The notes under the pieces were generated by a model, which saw only the letters and a program-made list of their open reading frames with translations, searched no databases and was not told where the DNA came from. Position numbers and translations under genes: made by a program. Below, in pieces: positions 9,383 to 18,280 of a DNA stretch of 38,318 bases. Each line of letters starts with the position of its first letter. The first letter of the stretch is position 1. The DNA comes from Deferrisomatales bacterium (GTDB taxonomy: Bacteria; Desulfobacterota; Deferrisomatia; Deferrisomatales; JACRMM01): the NCBI GenBank assembly GCA_033551855.1, contig JAWSUI010000035.1, positions 1 through 38,318 on the forward strand. Direction: 5' to 3'.

Positions 9383-9658
9383 GGTTCCTCCTTCCCGAAG
9401 GTGCCCCGCCGGCACCCTCCCTCGTTGCGGGTCGCTCGAGTGTACGCAAGGACCGCCCCGCCGCGCCAGCCCGGTGGCTGCCCGCTTCCGCAGTCGGTGA
9501 GCAGGAGGGGCAGCTCTCCCCGGAGCAGCCGCGGGAGCTCGGCAGGGTGCTCCGGGCTACGCCCTTCACGCCCTGCCGGAACCAAGACCAAAGCGGACAA
9601 TTCAGTTGCCGCAAAACCGGACAGTTCTACTTGTTGCCGACAGGGTCACAGAAAGTGC

Positions 9659-9687
9659 TTGCCTCATGGGTCCCGAGCCCGTATACT
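9659..9687 (+). promoter_or_regulatory. Sigma70-type promoter of the DEAD-box helicase gene
   Basis: TTGCCT-17 nt-TATACT in a locally AT-richer segment. Confidence 0.65.
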
Positions 9688-9758
9688 TACAAACCTTTGT
9701 TCCTCTCCGGCCCCTGTTCCAAGGGCCGCCGACTTTCCCCCCACCGGAAGGACTCTCG

Positions 9759-11078
9759 TTGAGCTTCGACGCGTTTCAGCTCCACCCGCACGTGGCCGCG
9801 GGGGTGCACGCCCTCGGCTACGTCTCGCCCACACCCATCCAGACCGAAGCGATCCCCACCGTTCTCCAGGGCCGCGACGTCCTGGGCCTCGCCCAGACGG
9901 GAACGGGGAAGACGGCGGCATTTGCGCTGCCCATCCTCCAGCGGTTGATGCGCGGTCCCCGCCGCCGCGTCCGCGCCTTGGTGGTCGCCCCGACCCGGGA
10001 GCTCGCCGAGCAGATCCACGCGTCCTTCGCAGACCTGGGCGCCAAGACCGGCCTGCGCAGCGTCGCCGTGTACGGCGGGGTGGGCATGACCCCCCAGGTC
10101 CAGAAGCTCAGGGCCGGAGCGGAGATCGTCGTGGCCTGCCCGGGTCGGCTGCTCGACCACCTGGGCCGGAAGACCATCGACCTATCCGGTATCGAGGTCC
10201 TGGTGCTCGACGAGGCGGACCGGATGTTCGACATGGGCTTCCTGCCCGACATCCGCCGGATCCTCAAGCACCTGCCGACTGCGCGTCAGACGCTGCTCTT
10301 CTCGGCGACCATGCCCGACGACATCCGCCGTCTGGTGGGAGAGGTCCTCCGGGAGCCGGTCACGGTGCAGGTGGACCGGGCGACGCCGGCCACCACCGTT
10401 GCCCACGCCCTGTACCCCGTGGCCTCGCACCTCAAGACCCCTCTGTTGATGGAGCTCCTGCGGCACACCGACACGGAATCAGTGCTGATCTTCACCCGCA
10501 CCAAACACCGGGCCAAGCGGGTGGGGGAGCAGTTGGCGAAGGCCGGGTACCGGGCGGCTTCCCTCCAGGGCAACCTCTCCCAGAACCGCCGCCAAGCGGC
10601 GCTGGACGGGTTCCGGGACGGCTCGACCCAGATCCTCGTCGCGACCGACATCGCCGCCCGGGGGATCGACGTGGCGAGCATCTCCCACGTGATCAATTAC
10701 GACATGCCCGACACCGTGGACTCCTATACCCACCGGATCGGCCGCACCGGGCGCGCCGCGCGCACAGGGGACGCCTTCACCCTGGTGGCCGGGGAGGACG
10801 AAGGGCTGGTCCGCGCCATCGAGCGGACGCTGGGCGCGCCCCTGGAACGCCGCAAGGTCCCGGACTTCGACTACACGGCACCGAGCCCGAAACGCGACAT
10901 CGAATTCGCCCGCGGGCCCCGCCAGCCCCGGGGTCCGGGAAAGGGACGGGCAGCGCCCGCCCAGGCACACTCGCCGAGGCGCCCGGCGTCCGGTCCCACG
11001 CCGTCTCTCACGCCCACCCCCGGGAGCGCCTCTCGGCCGGGGGCCGCCCGCAGTTTTCGGGCGCGCCGCCCCCGCTGA
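9759..11078 (+). CDS. rhlE: DEAD-box RNA helicase (RhlE-like)
   Basis: Q motif PTPIQ, AQTGTGKT, PTRELA, DEAD, SAT, ARGID, HRIGRTGRA; TTG start. Confidence 0.9.
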   Translation: MSFDAFQLHPHVAAGVHALGYVSPTPIQTEAIPTVLQGRDVLGLAQTGTGKTAAFALPILQRLMRGPRRRVRALVVAPTRELAEQIHASFADLGAKTGLRSVAVYGGVGMTPQVQKLRAGAEIVVACPGRLLDHLGRKTIDLSGIEVLVLDEADRMFDMGFLPDIRRILKHLPTARQTLLFSATMPDDIRRLVGEVLREPVTVQVDRATPATTVAHALYPVASHLKTPLLMELLRHTDTESVLIFTRTKHRAKRVGEQLAKAGYRAASLQGNLSQNRRQAALDGFRDGSTQILVATDIAARGIDVASISHVINYDMPDTVDSYTHRIGRTGRAARTGDAFTLVAGEDEGLVRAIERTLGAPLERRKVPDFDYTAPSPKRDIEFARGPRQPRGPGKGRAAPAQAHSPRRPASGPTPSLTPTPGSASRPGAARSFRARRPR

Positions 11079-11097
11079 GAAGGATTGGGTCCGCCCC

Positions 11098-11805
11098 GTG
11101 GCCCAACCCTGGCAGATCCTCGACAGCGTCTGCACTCCGGACGGAACGCTGGAGCTGCGCCGGCGCGGGGCGCGTGATTTCCTCATCACCCTGGACGGCC
11201 GGGTGCTGATGAACAGCGCCCTGCACCGCTCCGAGGCGGCCCTGGGCCGGCTGGCCTGCCGGGGGCTGAAAGGCAGCCCAGGCCCCCGGGTCCTCGTCGG
11301 GGGCCTGGGCATGGGGTTCACCCTGCGGGCCGTGCTGGACGTCCTGCCCCCCAGCGGCCGAGCGGTGGTGGCCGAGCTCAACCCGCAGGTGGTCCGGTGG
11401 TGCGAGGGCCCCCTGGCCGAGCTCACGGACCGGGCCGCCCAGGATCCCCGGGTGGAGGTGCGGGTCGAGGACGTCGCGGAGGTCATCCGGAGGGTGGCCG
11501 CGGGAAGGGCGGAGGACCGCTTCGACGCCGTCGTCCTCGACCTCTACGAGGGGCCCCACGCCGGATCGCACAAGCGCAGCGACCCCCTCTACGGACACGG
11601 CGCCATCGGGCGCGCGAAGGCCGCCCTTCGTCCCGGCGGGGTCTTCGCCGTGTGGGGGGAGAACCACGATGCCGGGTTCGAAAAACGCCTGCGGGGGGCC
11701 GGCTTCACGGTGACGACGGATCGGCCGGGGCGCGGGGGGCTGCGCCACACCATCTATATCGCAGCGGCCGGCCGTGGGCTTGCGCCCCGACCCCGTCTCG
11801 CGTAG
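11098..11805 (+). CDS. Spermidine synthase-like SAM-dependent transferase
   Basis: RVLVGGLGMGFTL, VAELNP, FDAVVLD, LRPGG...VW. Confidence 0.85.
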   Translation: MAQPWQILDSVCTPDGTLELRRRGARDFLITLDGRVLMNSALHRSEAALGRLACRGLKGSPGPRVLVGGLGMGFTLRAVLDVLPPSGRAVVAELNPQVVRWCEGPLAELTDRAAQDPRVEVRVEDVAEVIRRVAAGRAEDRFDAVVLDLYEGPHAGSHKRSDPLYGHGAIGRAKAALRPGGVFAVWGENHDAGFEKRLRGAGFTVTTDRPGRGGLRHTIYIAAAGRGLAPRPRLA

Positions 11806-11857
11806 GTTCCTCCCGTCGGCCCGCGGTACCCCGCTGCCCCGCTGGAGGACCCATCCC

Positions 11858-12433
11858 ATGCCCAAGGTGAAGCTCGGCCCCAAGCCCTTCCTCCTCCCCC
11901 AGCCTGCCCTGCTCGTGGGCACCCTGGTGGGTGGGATCCCCAATTACATGGTGGCCGCTTGGTGCGGGATGGCCAACCACGTGCCGCCCATGGTGTCCGT
12001 GGCCGTGCGCCCGAACCGCCACACGGAGAAGGGCATCCGAGCCCATGGGGCCTTCAGCCTCAACGTCCCGTCCGCCGCCCTGGTCCGGGACACGGACTAC
12101 TGCGGCATCGTGAGCGGGGCCAAGGAGGACAAGTCCGCGGTCTTCACCTCAGTCACCGGGACGGTCGAGGGGGTTCCCCTGATCGCCGAGTGCCCGCTGA
12201 GCCTGGAGTGCCGGCTGGTCCAGACCCTCGAGCTTCCCACCCACCGACTCCACCTGGGGGAAATCGTGGAGGTTCACGCCGAGGAGGGATGCCTGGTGGA
12301 GGGCCTGCCCGATATGGGACGGGTCGACCCGCTGATCTACTCGATCACCGACGGGCAGTACTGGCAGATCGGGAGACCCGTCGGCCGCGCCTTTCACGTC
12401 GGCAGGAGGGAACCGGGCCCGGCGGGCCGCTGA
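11858..12433 (+). CDS. Flavin reductase family (flavoredoxin-like) protein
   Basis: PQPALLVGT, AAWCG, FSLNVP, DYCGIVSG, PLIAECPLSLEC, GEIVE. Confidence 0.9.
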   Translation: MPKVKLGPKPFLLPQPALLVGTLVGGIPNYMVAAWCGMANHVPPMVSVAVRPNRHTEKGIRAHGAFSLNVPSAALVRDTDYCGIVSGAKEDKSAVFTSVTGTVEGVPLIAECPLSLECRLVQTLELPTHRLHLGEIVEVHAEEGCLVEGLPDMGRVDPLIYSITDGQYWQIGRPVGRAFHVGRREPGPAGR

Positions 12434-12607
12434 GCCCCGGGCGCTCACCCGGGAACCTGCCAGGACTTCCCCCCACCCGACGACCCGGGCTCTCCTTCCG
12501 GCGGACGACCGACGGGCCGTTGGGGTACACGCCCGCTCCCCGGGCCACCGACGGCCCAAGGGCGGAGCCCCTCTCCGCCCTCTCCCCTCCCGAACACCGA
12601 CACGAGC

Positions 12608-12889
12608 TCAGCAGCTCCGGCACTGCTCGATGAGCCCCTGCGCCTTTTCGAAGAACGGGCCGCACATGCTCCTGCCCTCGCTCGGCTCGCTGCAGTCCTC
12701 ATAGGCCCGGCGCACGTCGCGCAGCGCGCCCTCCCAGCGGCCTGCCTCGCTTTCCGGTATCGACGGGCAACAAGAATGCAGCCCGCTGCAGAGGTCTTCC
12801 AACGTCCGGCTCGCCCTGCCGGTCTCCCCCTGCGATGCGCTCCAGCAGAGGCTCTCCACCTCTTTCTCGAACTTCTTCGCCGTGGTCAT
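12608..12889 (-). CDS. Small Cys-rich hypothetical protein (93 aa)
   Basis: AAGGAG upstream of ATG at 12889; 8 Cys; no competing gene. Confidence 0.65.
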   Translation of the reverse strand: MTTAKKFEKEVESLCWSASQGETGRASRTLEDLCSGLHSCCPSIPESEAGRWEGALRDVRRAYEDCSEPSEGRSMCGPFFEKAQGLIEQCRSC

Positions 12890-13143
12890 GCCGCACTCCT
12901 TTCCCTCCCCGGTCACACCATCAATGTAAGACCGTCGACCGGGGAGGGCAGCGGCTCCCCCGATCGATCTCCCAGACGGGGCCGGCACCTGCCGCCCCGG
13001 GTCGGCGCCGGCCCGGCGACCCCGTGTTGGCAACCCCGTTGACACGAACCCCCTGGGAGCCCAAGTTGGGTTCCGGGGGGAGCGACCCGAGCTCCTTCCT
13101 CGGCCCGGCCCCAGCGGGCCGTGGCCGGAAAGGAGGGGAGTGC

Positions 13144-13659
13144 ATGGATCTGTTCACAGGGATGCCCGGTTGGCGGCCCTTGCTCCTGGCCGGGTGGTTC
13201 GGCTTGGCCATGGCGGCGGGCTCTGCGGCCATCCCGGGGTCGGGAACGGCCGCGACGGAGGACGAGTCGGCCCGGGCCTGCCGGCCGACGCCCCGGGACG
13301 GCCTGGGGCCCTTCTACGAGCCGAATGCACCGCTCCGGGAGAAGGTGGGGGAAGGGTACGTGCTCCAGGGGACCGTCCGGTCGTCGGTGGACTGCTCACC
13401 CCTGCCGGGGGCCCGTATCGAACTGTGGCTCGTAGGCACGGACGGGAGGTATGACGACGATCACCGGGCCACGCTGTTCTCGGACGGGCTCGGGCAGTAC
13501 CGGTTCGAGAGCAACGTCCCGCCCCCCTATGGCCGGCGGCCCCCGCATATTCACGTGCGGGTAGCGGCGCAGGGGCACCAGACCCTGGTCACCCAGCACT
13601 ACCCGGCCCCGGGGCAAACCGAGGCCACGTTCGATCTGGTGCTGGCGCCGGGCCGCTGA
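13144..13659 (+). CDS. Intradiol ring-cleavage dioxygenase-like protein with signal peptide
   Basis: GPFY, GARIELW, GRYD, RPPHIH, LVTQHY; AGGAGG upstream. Confidence 0.85.
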   Translation: MDLFTGMPGWRPLLLAGWFGLAMAAGSAAIPGSGTAATEDESARACRPTPRDGLGPFYEPNAPLREKVGEGYVLQGTVRSSVDCSPLPGARIELWLVGTDGRYDDDHRATLFSDGLGQYRFESNVPPPYGRRPPHIHVRVAAQGHQTLVTQHYPAPGQTEATFDLVLAPGR

Positions 13660-13717
13660 GCGAACCCGGGGAGAGCAGGGTTCCCGGGGAGAAGGGGGCG
13701 CCCGTGCCGGGTTCGCG

Positions 13718-14314
13718 TCAGTTCCGGCCCAGGGCCCGCAGGGAGGGGAGGAGGGCCCCGAGGGCCCGGGCGCGGTGGCTGAAACGGTTCTTCTCTCCGA
13801 CCTCGAGCTCCGCCAGGGTCCGGTCCATTCCCTCCACGGAAAAGAGCGGGTCGTAGCCGAAGCCGCCCCGGCCCCTGGGGGATTCCAGGATGCGCCCCTC
13901 CAGCCGGCCCTCGGCCTCGGTGTCCTCCCAGCCGGGAACGACCAGGGCCATCGCGCACACGAAGGCCGCACCGCGGCGTTCGGGGGGCACCCCGTGGAGC
14001 TCCTCGAGAAGCCTTCGGTTGTTGTCCTGGTCGGACGAGCCCGGGCCGGCGTAGCGGGCCGACAGGACTCCCGGACGCCCCCCGAGGGCTTCCACCTCGA
14101 GGCCCGAGTCATCCGCCAGGACCGGGACCCCCGCCCACTCCGCGAGGGCCCGTGCCTTCTTCCGGGCGTTGTCCCGGAAGGTGGAGCCGTCTTCCGTAAC
14201 CTCGGGGGCCCCGGGCATGCCTGCAAGCCCCAGGACCTCGATCCCCTCGGGAGCCAGGAGCTCCCGGAGTTCACGGGCCTTTCCGGGGTTACGGGTGGCG
14301 ACCAGCAGGGTCAA
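13718..14314 (-). CDS. rdgB: XTP/dITP diphosphatase (RdgB/HAM1)
   Basis: [36 protein letters not shown] start overlaps the rph stop. Confidence 0.95.
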   Translation of the reverse strand: MTLLVATRNPGKARELRELLAPEGIEVLGLAGMPGAPEVTEDGSTFRDNARKKARALAEWAGVPVLADDSGLEVEALGGRPGVLSARYAGPGSSDQDNNRRLLEELHGVPPERRGAAFVCAMALVVPGWEDTEAEGRLEGRILESPRGRGGFGYDPLFSVEGMDRTLAELEVGEKNRFSHRARALGALLPSLRALGRN

Positions 14315-15033
14315 CGGGTCTCCCCCAAGACCTCCCGCTGCAGGGCGAGGAGCCGCTCGACCCCGGCAGACGCCAGATCCAGGAGATCGGCGAGCTGCCC
14401 CCTGCTGAACGGCCTCTCCTCCCCCGTCCCCTGCACCTCGACCAACTCGCCGCTGCCCGTCATCACGACGTTCATGTCGATGTCGGCGGCGGAGTCCTCC
14501 CGGTAGTCCAGATCCAGGAGGGCCCGCCCGCCCACCGTGCCCACGCTCACCGCCGCCACGGCGTCGCGCAACGGCACCGCGCTCAGGGCATTGCGCCGGA
14601 TCAGGGTGCGAAAGGCCTCGACGAGCGCCACGTAGGCACCGGTGATGGCCGCCGTTCGGGTGCCGCCGTCCGCCTGGAGCACGTCGCAATCGACCCACAC
14701 GGTGCGCTCCCCGAAACTCTGCAGGTCGGTGACCGCCCGCAGCGAGCGGCCGATCAGGCGCTGGATCTCCAGGGTTCGCCCCCCCTGCTTGCCTCGGGAA
14801 GCCTCCCGGGGAGTACGGGTCGCGGTGGCTCGAGGCAGCATGCCGTACTCGGCCGTCACCCAGCCCTTGCCCGTACCCTTGAGGAACGTGGGCACCCCGT
14901 CCTCGACGCTCGCCGCGCAGAGCACTCGCGTATGGCCCATCTGGATCAGGGCGCTGCCCTCCGGGTGGAGGAGCACTCCCCGCTCCAGCCGGAGCGGTCG
15001 CAGGTCTGCCGGGGCGCGTCCGTCGTGGCGCAT
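14311..15033 (-). CDS. rph: Ribonuclease PH
   Basis: [43 protein letters not shown]. Confidence 0.97.
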   Translation of the reverse strand: MRHDGRAPADLRPLRLERGVLLHPEGSALIQMGHTRVLCAASVEDGVPTFLKGTGKGWVTAEYGMLPRATATRTPREASRGKQGGRTLEIQRLIGRSLRAVTDLQSFGERTVWVDCDVLQADGGTRTAAITGAYVALVEAFRTLIRRNALSAVPLRDAVAAVSVGTVGGRALLDLDYREDSAADIDMNVVMTGSGELVEVQGTGEERPFSRGQLADLLDLASAGVERLLALQREVLGETR

Positions 15034-15060
15034 GGAATCCTCGATGTGTGGAAGAAGGGC

Positions 15061-16059
15061 TTAGCGGAAATAGGCTTCGGCGGCCCGGACGATGGCTTCG
15101 GCCACGGCCTCCCGTCCCTCCGGGGAGCGGAGGAGGTCGGCTTCCTGGGGCCAGGCCAGGCTCCCGAGCTCCACCAGACAGGCCGGGGCAGCCACCGCCT
15201 CCAGCATGGGGTGGGGGATCACCCCCAGCCCGCGGTCGAAGGTGGGCAGGGCCTCGCCGAGGGAGCGCCGGAGGAGGTCTGCCCAGCGGCGGCTCTCCTC
15301 ACCCAGGCCCGCCTGGCCGGCGGACCAGTGGCTGGAATCCGCCCCCTCCGGGGGCTCCGGCGCCACGAAGACCTCGATCCCCCGCGCCTGGGGCCGGCCC
15401 TCGCCGGCGGCGTGGAGGCTGACGAAAAGATTCGCCCCCCGGTAGTTCGCGACCGCAGCCCGCTGAATGAGCTCGAGGGCCCGGTCGTCGGACCGGGTCA
15501 AGTGCACCTCGAACCCGCGCTCCCTCAACCGCTGGGCAGCCGCGTGCGCGAGCTCCAGGACCACGTCCTTCTCCGCGAGCCCCCGGGGCCCTCGGCTGCC
15601 CCCGTCCCCCCCGCCGTGCCCGGGGTCCAGGGTGATCCTCCGGGCCGGACCGCGGCGAGGCCCCTCCACCCGGACCGGACGCGCCAGGAACTCCCCGGAA
15701 ACCTCCCGGAGAAACGCCTCGCTCACCAAGAGACGCCCGTCCCGGAACCGGACTTCGACCGGGCCCCGCAGGGCACGGCCGTCGCGCACGGCAAAGGGGG
15801 CCTCCGGCCGCAGCGCAGCCCAGGCCTGCCCCTCCCGATAGGTCAAGCGCTGCTGGGAGGGGTCCCAGTCCACCGCGCCGGGAAAATGGCTGAGCCAGGT
15901 TTGGGCGTCGTACCAGCCCGTGCTATCCTCCGTCGCCACCTCGGCGAGGAAGAAGGGCTCGACCCCCGGCGACTCGATCCGGAGCGCGGCGAAACCGCCT
16001 CCGGGACCACCGAGGACCAGGGCCAGCACCAAGAACGCGGCAATTTTGTGTGGAATCAT
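15061..16059 (-). CDS. N-acetylmuramoyl-L-alanine amidase (Amidase_3)
   Basis: Signal peptide; DPGHGG, EKDVVL, LTRSDD, FVSLH, ACLVELG. Confidence 0.88.
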   Translation of the reverse strand: MIPHKIAAFLVLALVLGGPGGGFAALRIESPGVEPFFLAEVATEDSTGWYDAQTWLSHFPGAVDWDPSQQRLTYREGQAWAALRPEAPFAVRDGRALRGPVEVRFRDGRLLVSEAFLREVSGEFLARPVRVEGPRRGPARRITLDPGHGGGDGGSRGPRGLAEKDVVLELAHAAAQRLRERGFEVHLTRSDDRALELIQRAAVANYRGANLFVSLHAAGEGRPQARGIEVFVAPEPPEGADSSHWSAGQAGLGEESRRWADLLRRSLGEALPTFDRGLGVIPHPMLEAVAAPACLVELGSLAWPQEADLLRSPEGREAVAEAIVRAAEAYFR

Positions 16060-16141
16060 CACAACCCGGGAGGGCTCGGTAGAAGCCTCGCACCGGGATG
16101 CTACCCGACCGCGGAAATCCGTGTCAATCAAGGAGCCCCGC

Positions 16142-16696
16142 ATGATCATGCCCTTCGGCCCCCTCGCGCCTCGCATCGCCCCGGACGCCTTCGTGGCCCC
16201 TACGGCCGCGGTCATCGGCGACGTCGAGCTCGGGCCGGAGGCGAGCCTGTGGTTCCACACGGTGGCGCGGGCAGACGTGCACTTCATCCGGATCGGGGCC
16301 CGCACCAACGTTCAGGACGCCTGCGTGCTCCACGTGACCGGCGGGCGGCACCCCCTCCACATCGGCGAAGACGTCAGCATCGGCCACCGGGCCGTGGTAC
16401 ACGGGTGCACCGTGGGGAGCCGGGTCCTGATCGGGATGGGGGCAGTGGTCCTGGACGGCGCCCGGATCGGGGACGACTCCATCGTGGGCGCCGGAGCGGT
16501 GGTGCCCGAGGGGGCCGAGTTCCCGCCGCGAAGCGTCGTGCTCGGCGTACCGGCCCGGCGCACCAGGGAGCTGACGGAGGGAGAGAGAGAGAGGATCCGC
16601 CGCACCCGGGACGACTACCTGGCCCTGACCCGCGCCTACCGGGCATGCCCGCCGGGAGCCGCCCGCGGTCCGTTCGCGCCCGGGGCAGAAGATTGA
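16142..16696 (+). CDS. Gamma carbonic anhydrase family protein (YrdA/PaaY-like)
   Basis: Hexapeptide repeats; NVQDACVLH, IGHRAVVHGC, IGMGA. Confidence 0.92.
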   Translation: MIMPFGPLAPRIAPDAFVAPTAAVIGDVELGPEASLWFHTVARADVHFIRIGARTNVQDACVLHVTGGRHPLHIGEDVSIGHRAVVHGCTVGSRVLIGMGAVVLDGARIGDDSIVGAGAVVPEGAEFPPRSVVLGVPARRTRELTEGERERIRRTRDDYLALTRAYRACPPGAARGPFAPGAED

Positions 16697-16721
16697 CACG
16701 TGGGGGTGCCGTGCCTAGGCT
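16693..16721 (+). promoter_or_regulatory. Sigma70-type promoter for dnaJ
   Basis: TTGACA-17 nt-TAGGCT. Confidence 0.65.
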
Positions 16722-16784
16722 TCAGGCGTTCGCGGCTCGGGCGGGGGGAGCCGGACAGAGGAACAGCCCGTCAGGAGCGCAGTG

Positions 16785-17843
16785 ATGGCGAAGCGGGACT
16801 ACTACGAGGTCCTGGGGCTCAAGCGGGGGGCGTCCGCCGAGGACATCAAGAAGGCCTACCGCCGGCTGGCCCGGAAGTTCCATCCCGACGTGAACCCGGG
16901 GGACAAGGCTGCCGAGGAGAAATTCAAGGAGGTCACGGAAGCCCACGAGGTGCTGACCGACCCCGAAAAGAGAAAGCAATACGACACCCTGGGGCACGCC
17001 GCCTTCGAAGGCTTCCGGGCCGGCCCCGGAGGCGGGCAGGAAGGTTTCGGGCCGGGCGGTTTCTCCGGGGGAGCGGCCTTCGACGTCTCGGATCTCTTCG
17101 GGGACCTGTTCGGCCAAGGGGGCGGCTTCCACGCGGCGGGCCCCCGCCGAGGTGCCGACCTCGAATACGAGATGGAGGTGGGCTTCCGGGAGGCCGTTCT
17201 GGGAACGGAGAAGGAGATATCCTACCGACGATCGGCACCCTGTTCGACCTGCGCCGGCAAGGGTTACCAACCCGGCACCGGAGGCGCAGCCTGCCCCCAG
17301 TGCGGCGGCCGGGGGAGGGTGCAGCTTCAGAGGGGGCCCATCTCGCTCCAGCAGACCTGCCCCCGCTGCAAGGGAACCGGCCGGCTGCCGGGCAGTCCCT
17401 GCGCCGCTTGCGGCGGCAGGGGAAGCGAACCCAAGGCCGAACGCATCCGCGTCCACATCCCCGCCGGCGTCGACACGGGCTCGAGGGTTCGCCTCGCCGG
17501 CAAGGGTGAGGCCGGGCCGGAAGGCGGCAATCCCGGCGATCTCTTCATCCGCGTGCGAGTCCGGCCGGACCCGCGGTTCCGGCGGGAGGGCGACGACCTG
17601 GTGGCCGTGGTGGAAGTGCCCCTCCTGGACGCCCTGCTCGGCGGAACGGTCCTCGTTCCCACCCTGGACGACCCGGTGCGCATGAAGGTGCCGGCCGGAA
17701 CCCAGAATGGCCAGCGGTTCCGGCTCAAGGGCAAGGGGGTGGGGGGCCGGGGCAACCTGTTCGCCCAGGTGGAGATCCAGGTACCCCGAAAGCTCGACGC
17801 CGACGTCCGACAGACCCTGGAGGGGCTCCGGGGCAAGCTCTAG
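16785..17843 (+). CDS. dnaJ: Molecular chaperone DnaJ
   Basis: J domain with HPD, G/F-rich linker, four CxxCxGxG repeats, DnaJ C-terminal domain. Confidence 0.93.
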   Translation: MAKRDYYEVLGLKRGASAEDIKKAYRRLARKFHPDVNPGDKAAEEKFKEVTEAHEVLTDPEKRKQYDTLGHAAFEGFRAGPGGGQEGFGPGGFSGGAAFDVSDLFGDLFGQGGGFHAAGPRRGADLEYEMEVGFREAVLGTEKEISYRRSAPCSTCAGKGYQPGTGGAACPQCGGRGRVQLQRGPISLQQTCPRCKGTGRLPGSPCAACGGRGSEPKAERIRVHIPAGVDTGSRVRLAGKGEAGPEGGNPGDLFIRVRVRPDPRFRREGDDLVAVVEVPLLDALLGGTVLVPTLDDPVRMKVPAGTQNGQRFRLKGKGVGGRGNLFAQVEIQVPRKLDADVRQTLEGLRGKL

Positions 17844-17860
17844 CGCGACGGAGGAACTCC

Positions 17861-18259
17861 ATGCGACCCGCCATGAAGCTCTACCGCGCACGGGAAGTGA
17901 TCGAGATCACGGGCCTCAGCCGGAGGACCCTGCGGATCTACGAGGAGGTGGGGCTGGTCGCCCCGGCGGACCCGTCCTCCTCCGAAGGCGAGGAGTCGGG
18001 TCCGTTCTACACCGAAGACGTGGTGGAAACGCTGCGCCGCATCGAGCGCCTGCGGCGCGACCTGGGGGTGAACCTGCCCGGGGTCCAGGTGATCCTGGAA
18101 ATGCGCCAGAAGATCATCGACCTGCAGACGAGCCTCGACGAGGTCGTCCGGTTCGTCCACACGGACCTCCGGCAGGAACTGGAGCAGTTCCTGCGTCGGG
18201 AGGAGAAGGCGGTGGTTCCCAAACCGCTCTTCCAACCCCCGAAGCCCTGGGAGGACTGA
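17861..18259 (+). CDS. MerR-family regulator (HspR/CbpM-like)
   Basis: TLRIYEEVGLV HTH and LRRDLGVNLPGV; directly after dnaJ. Start could be 17873. Confidence 0.85.
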   Translation: MRPAMKLYRAREVIEITGLSRRTLRIYEEVGLVAPADPSSSEGEESGPFYTEDVVETLRRIERLRRDLGVNLPGVQVILEMRQKIIDLQTSLDEVVRFVHTDLRQELEQFLRREEKAVVPKPLFQPPKPWED

Positions 18260-18280
18260 GAGGGGGCCGGGGGGAGTCTC

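Noticed and set aside
13039..13067. TTGACA promoter for the dioxygenase-like gene
   Set aside because: The hexamer at 17 nt spacing (CAAGTT) is a poor -10.
16697..16784. HAIR or CIRCE heat-shock operator before dnaJ
   Set aside because: Neither CTTGAGT-N7-ACTCAAG nor TTAGCACTC-N9-GAGTGCTAA is present.
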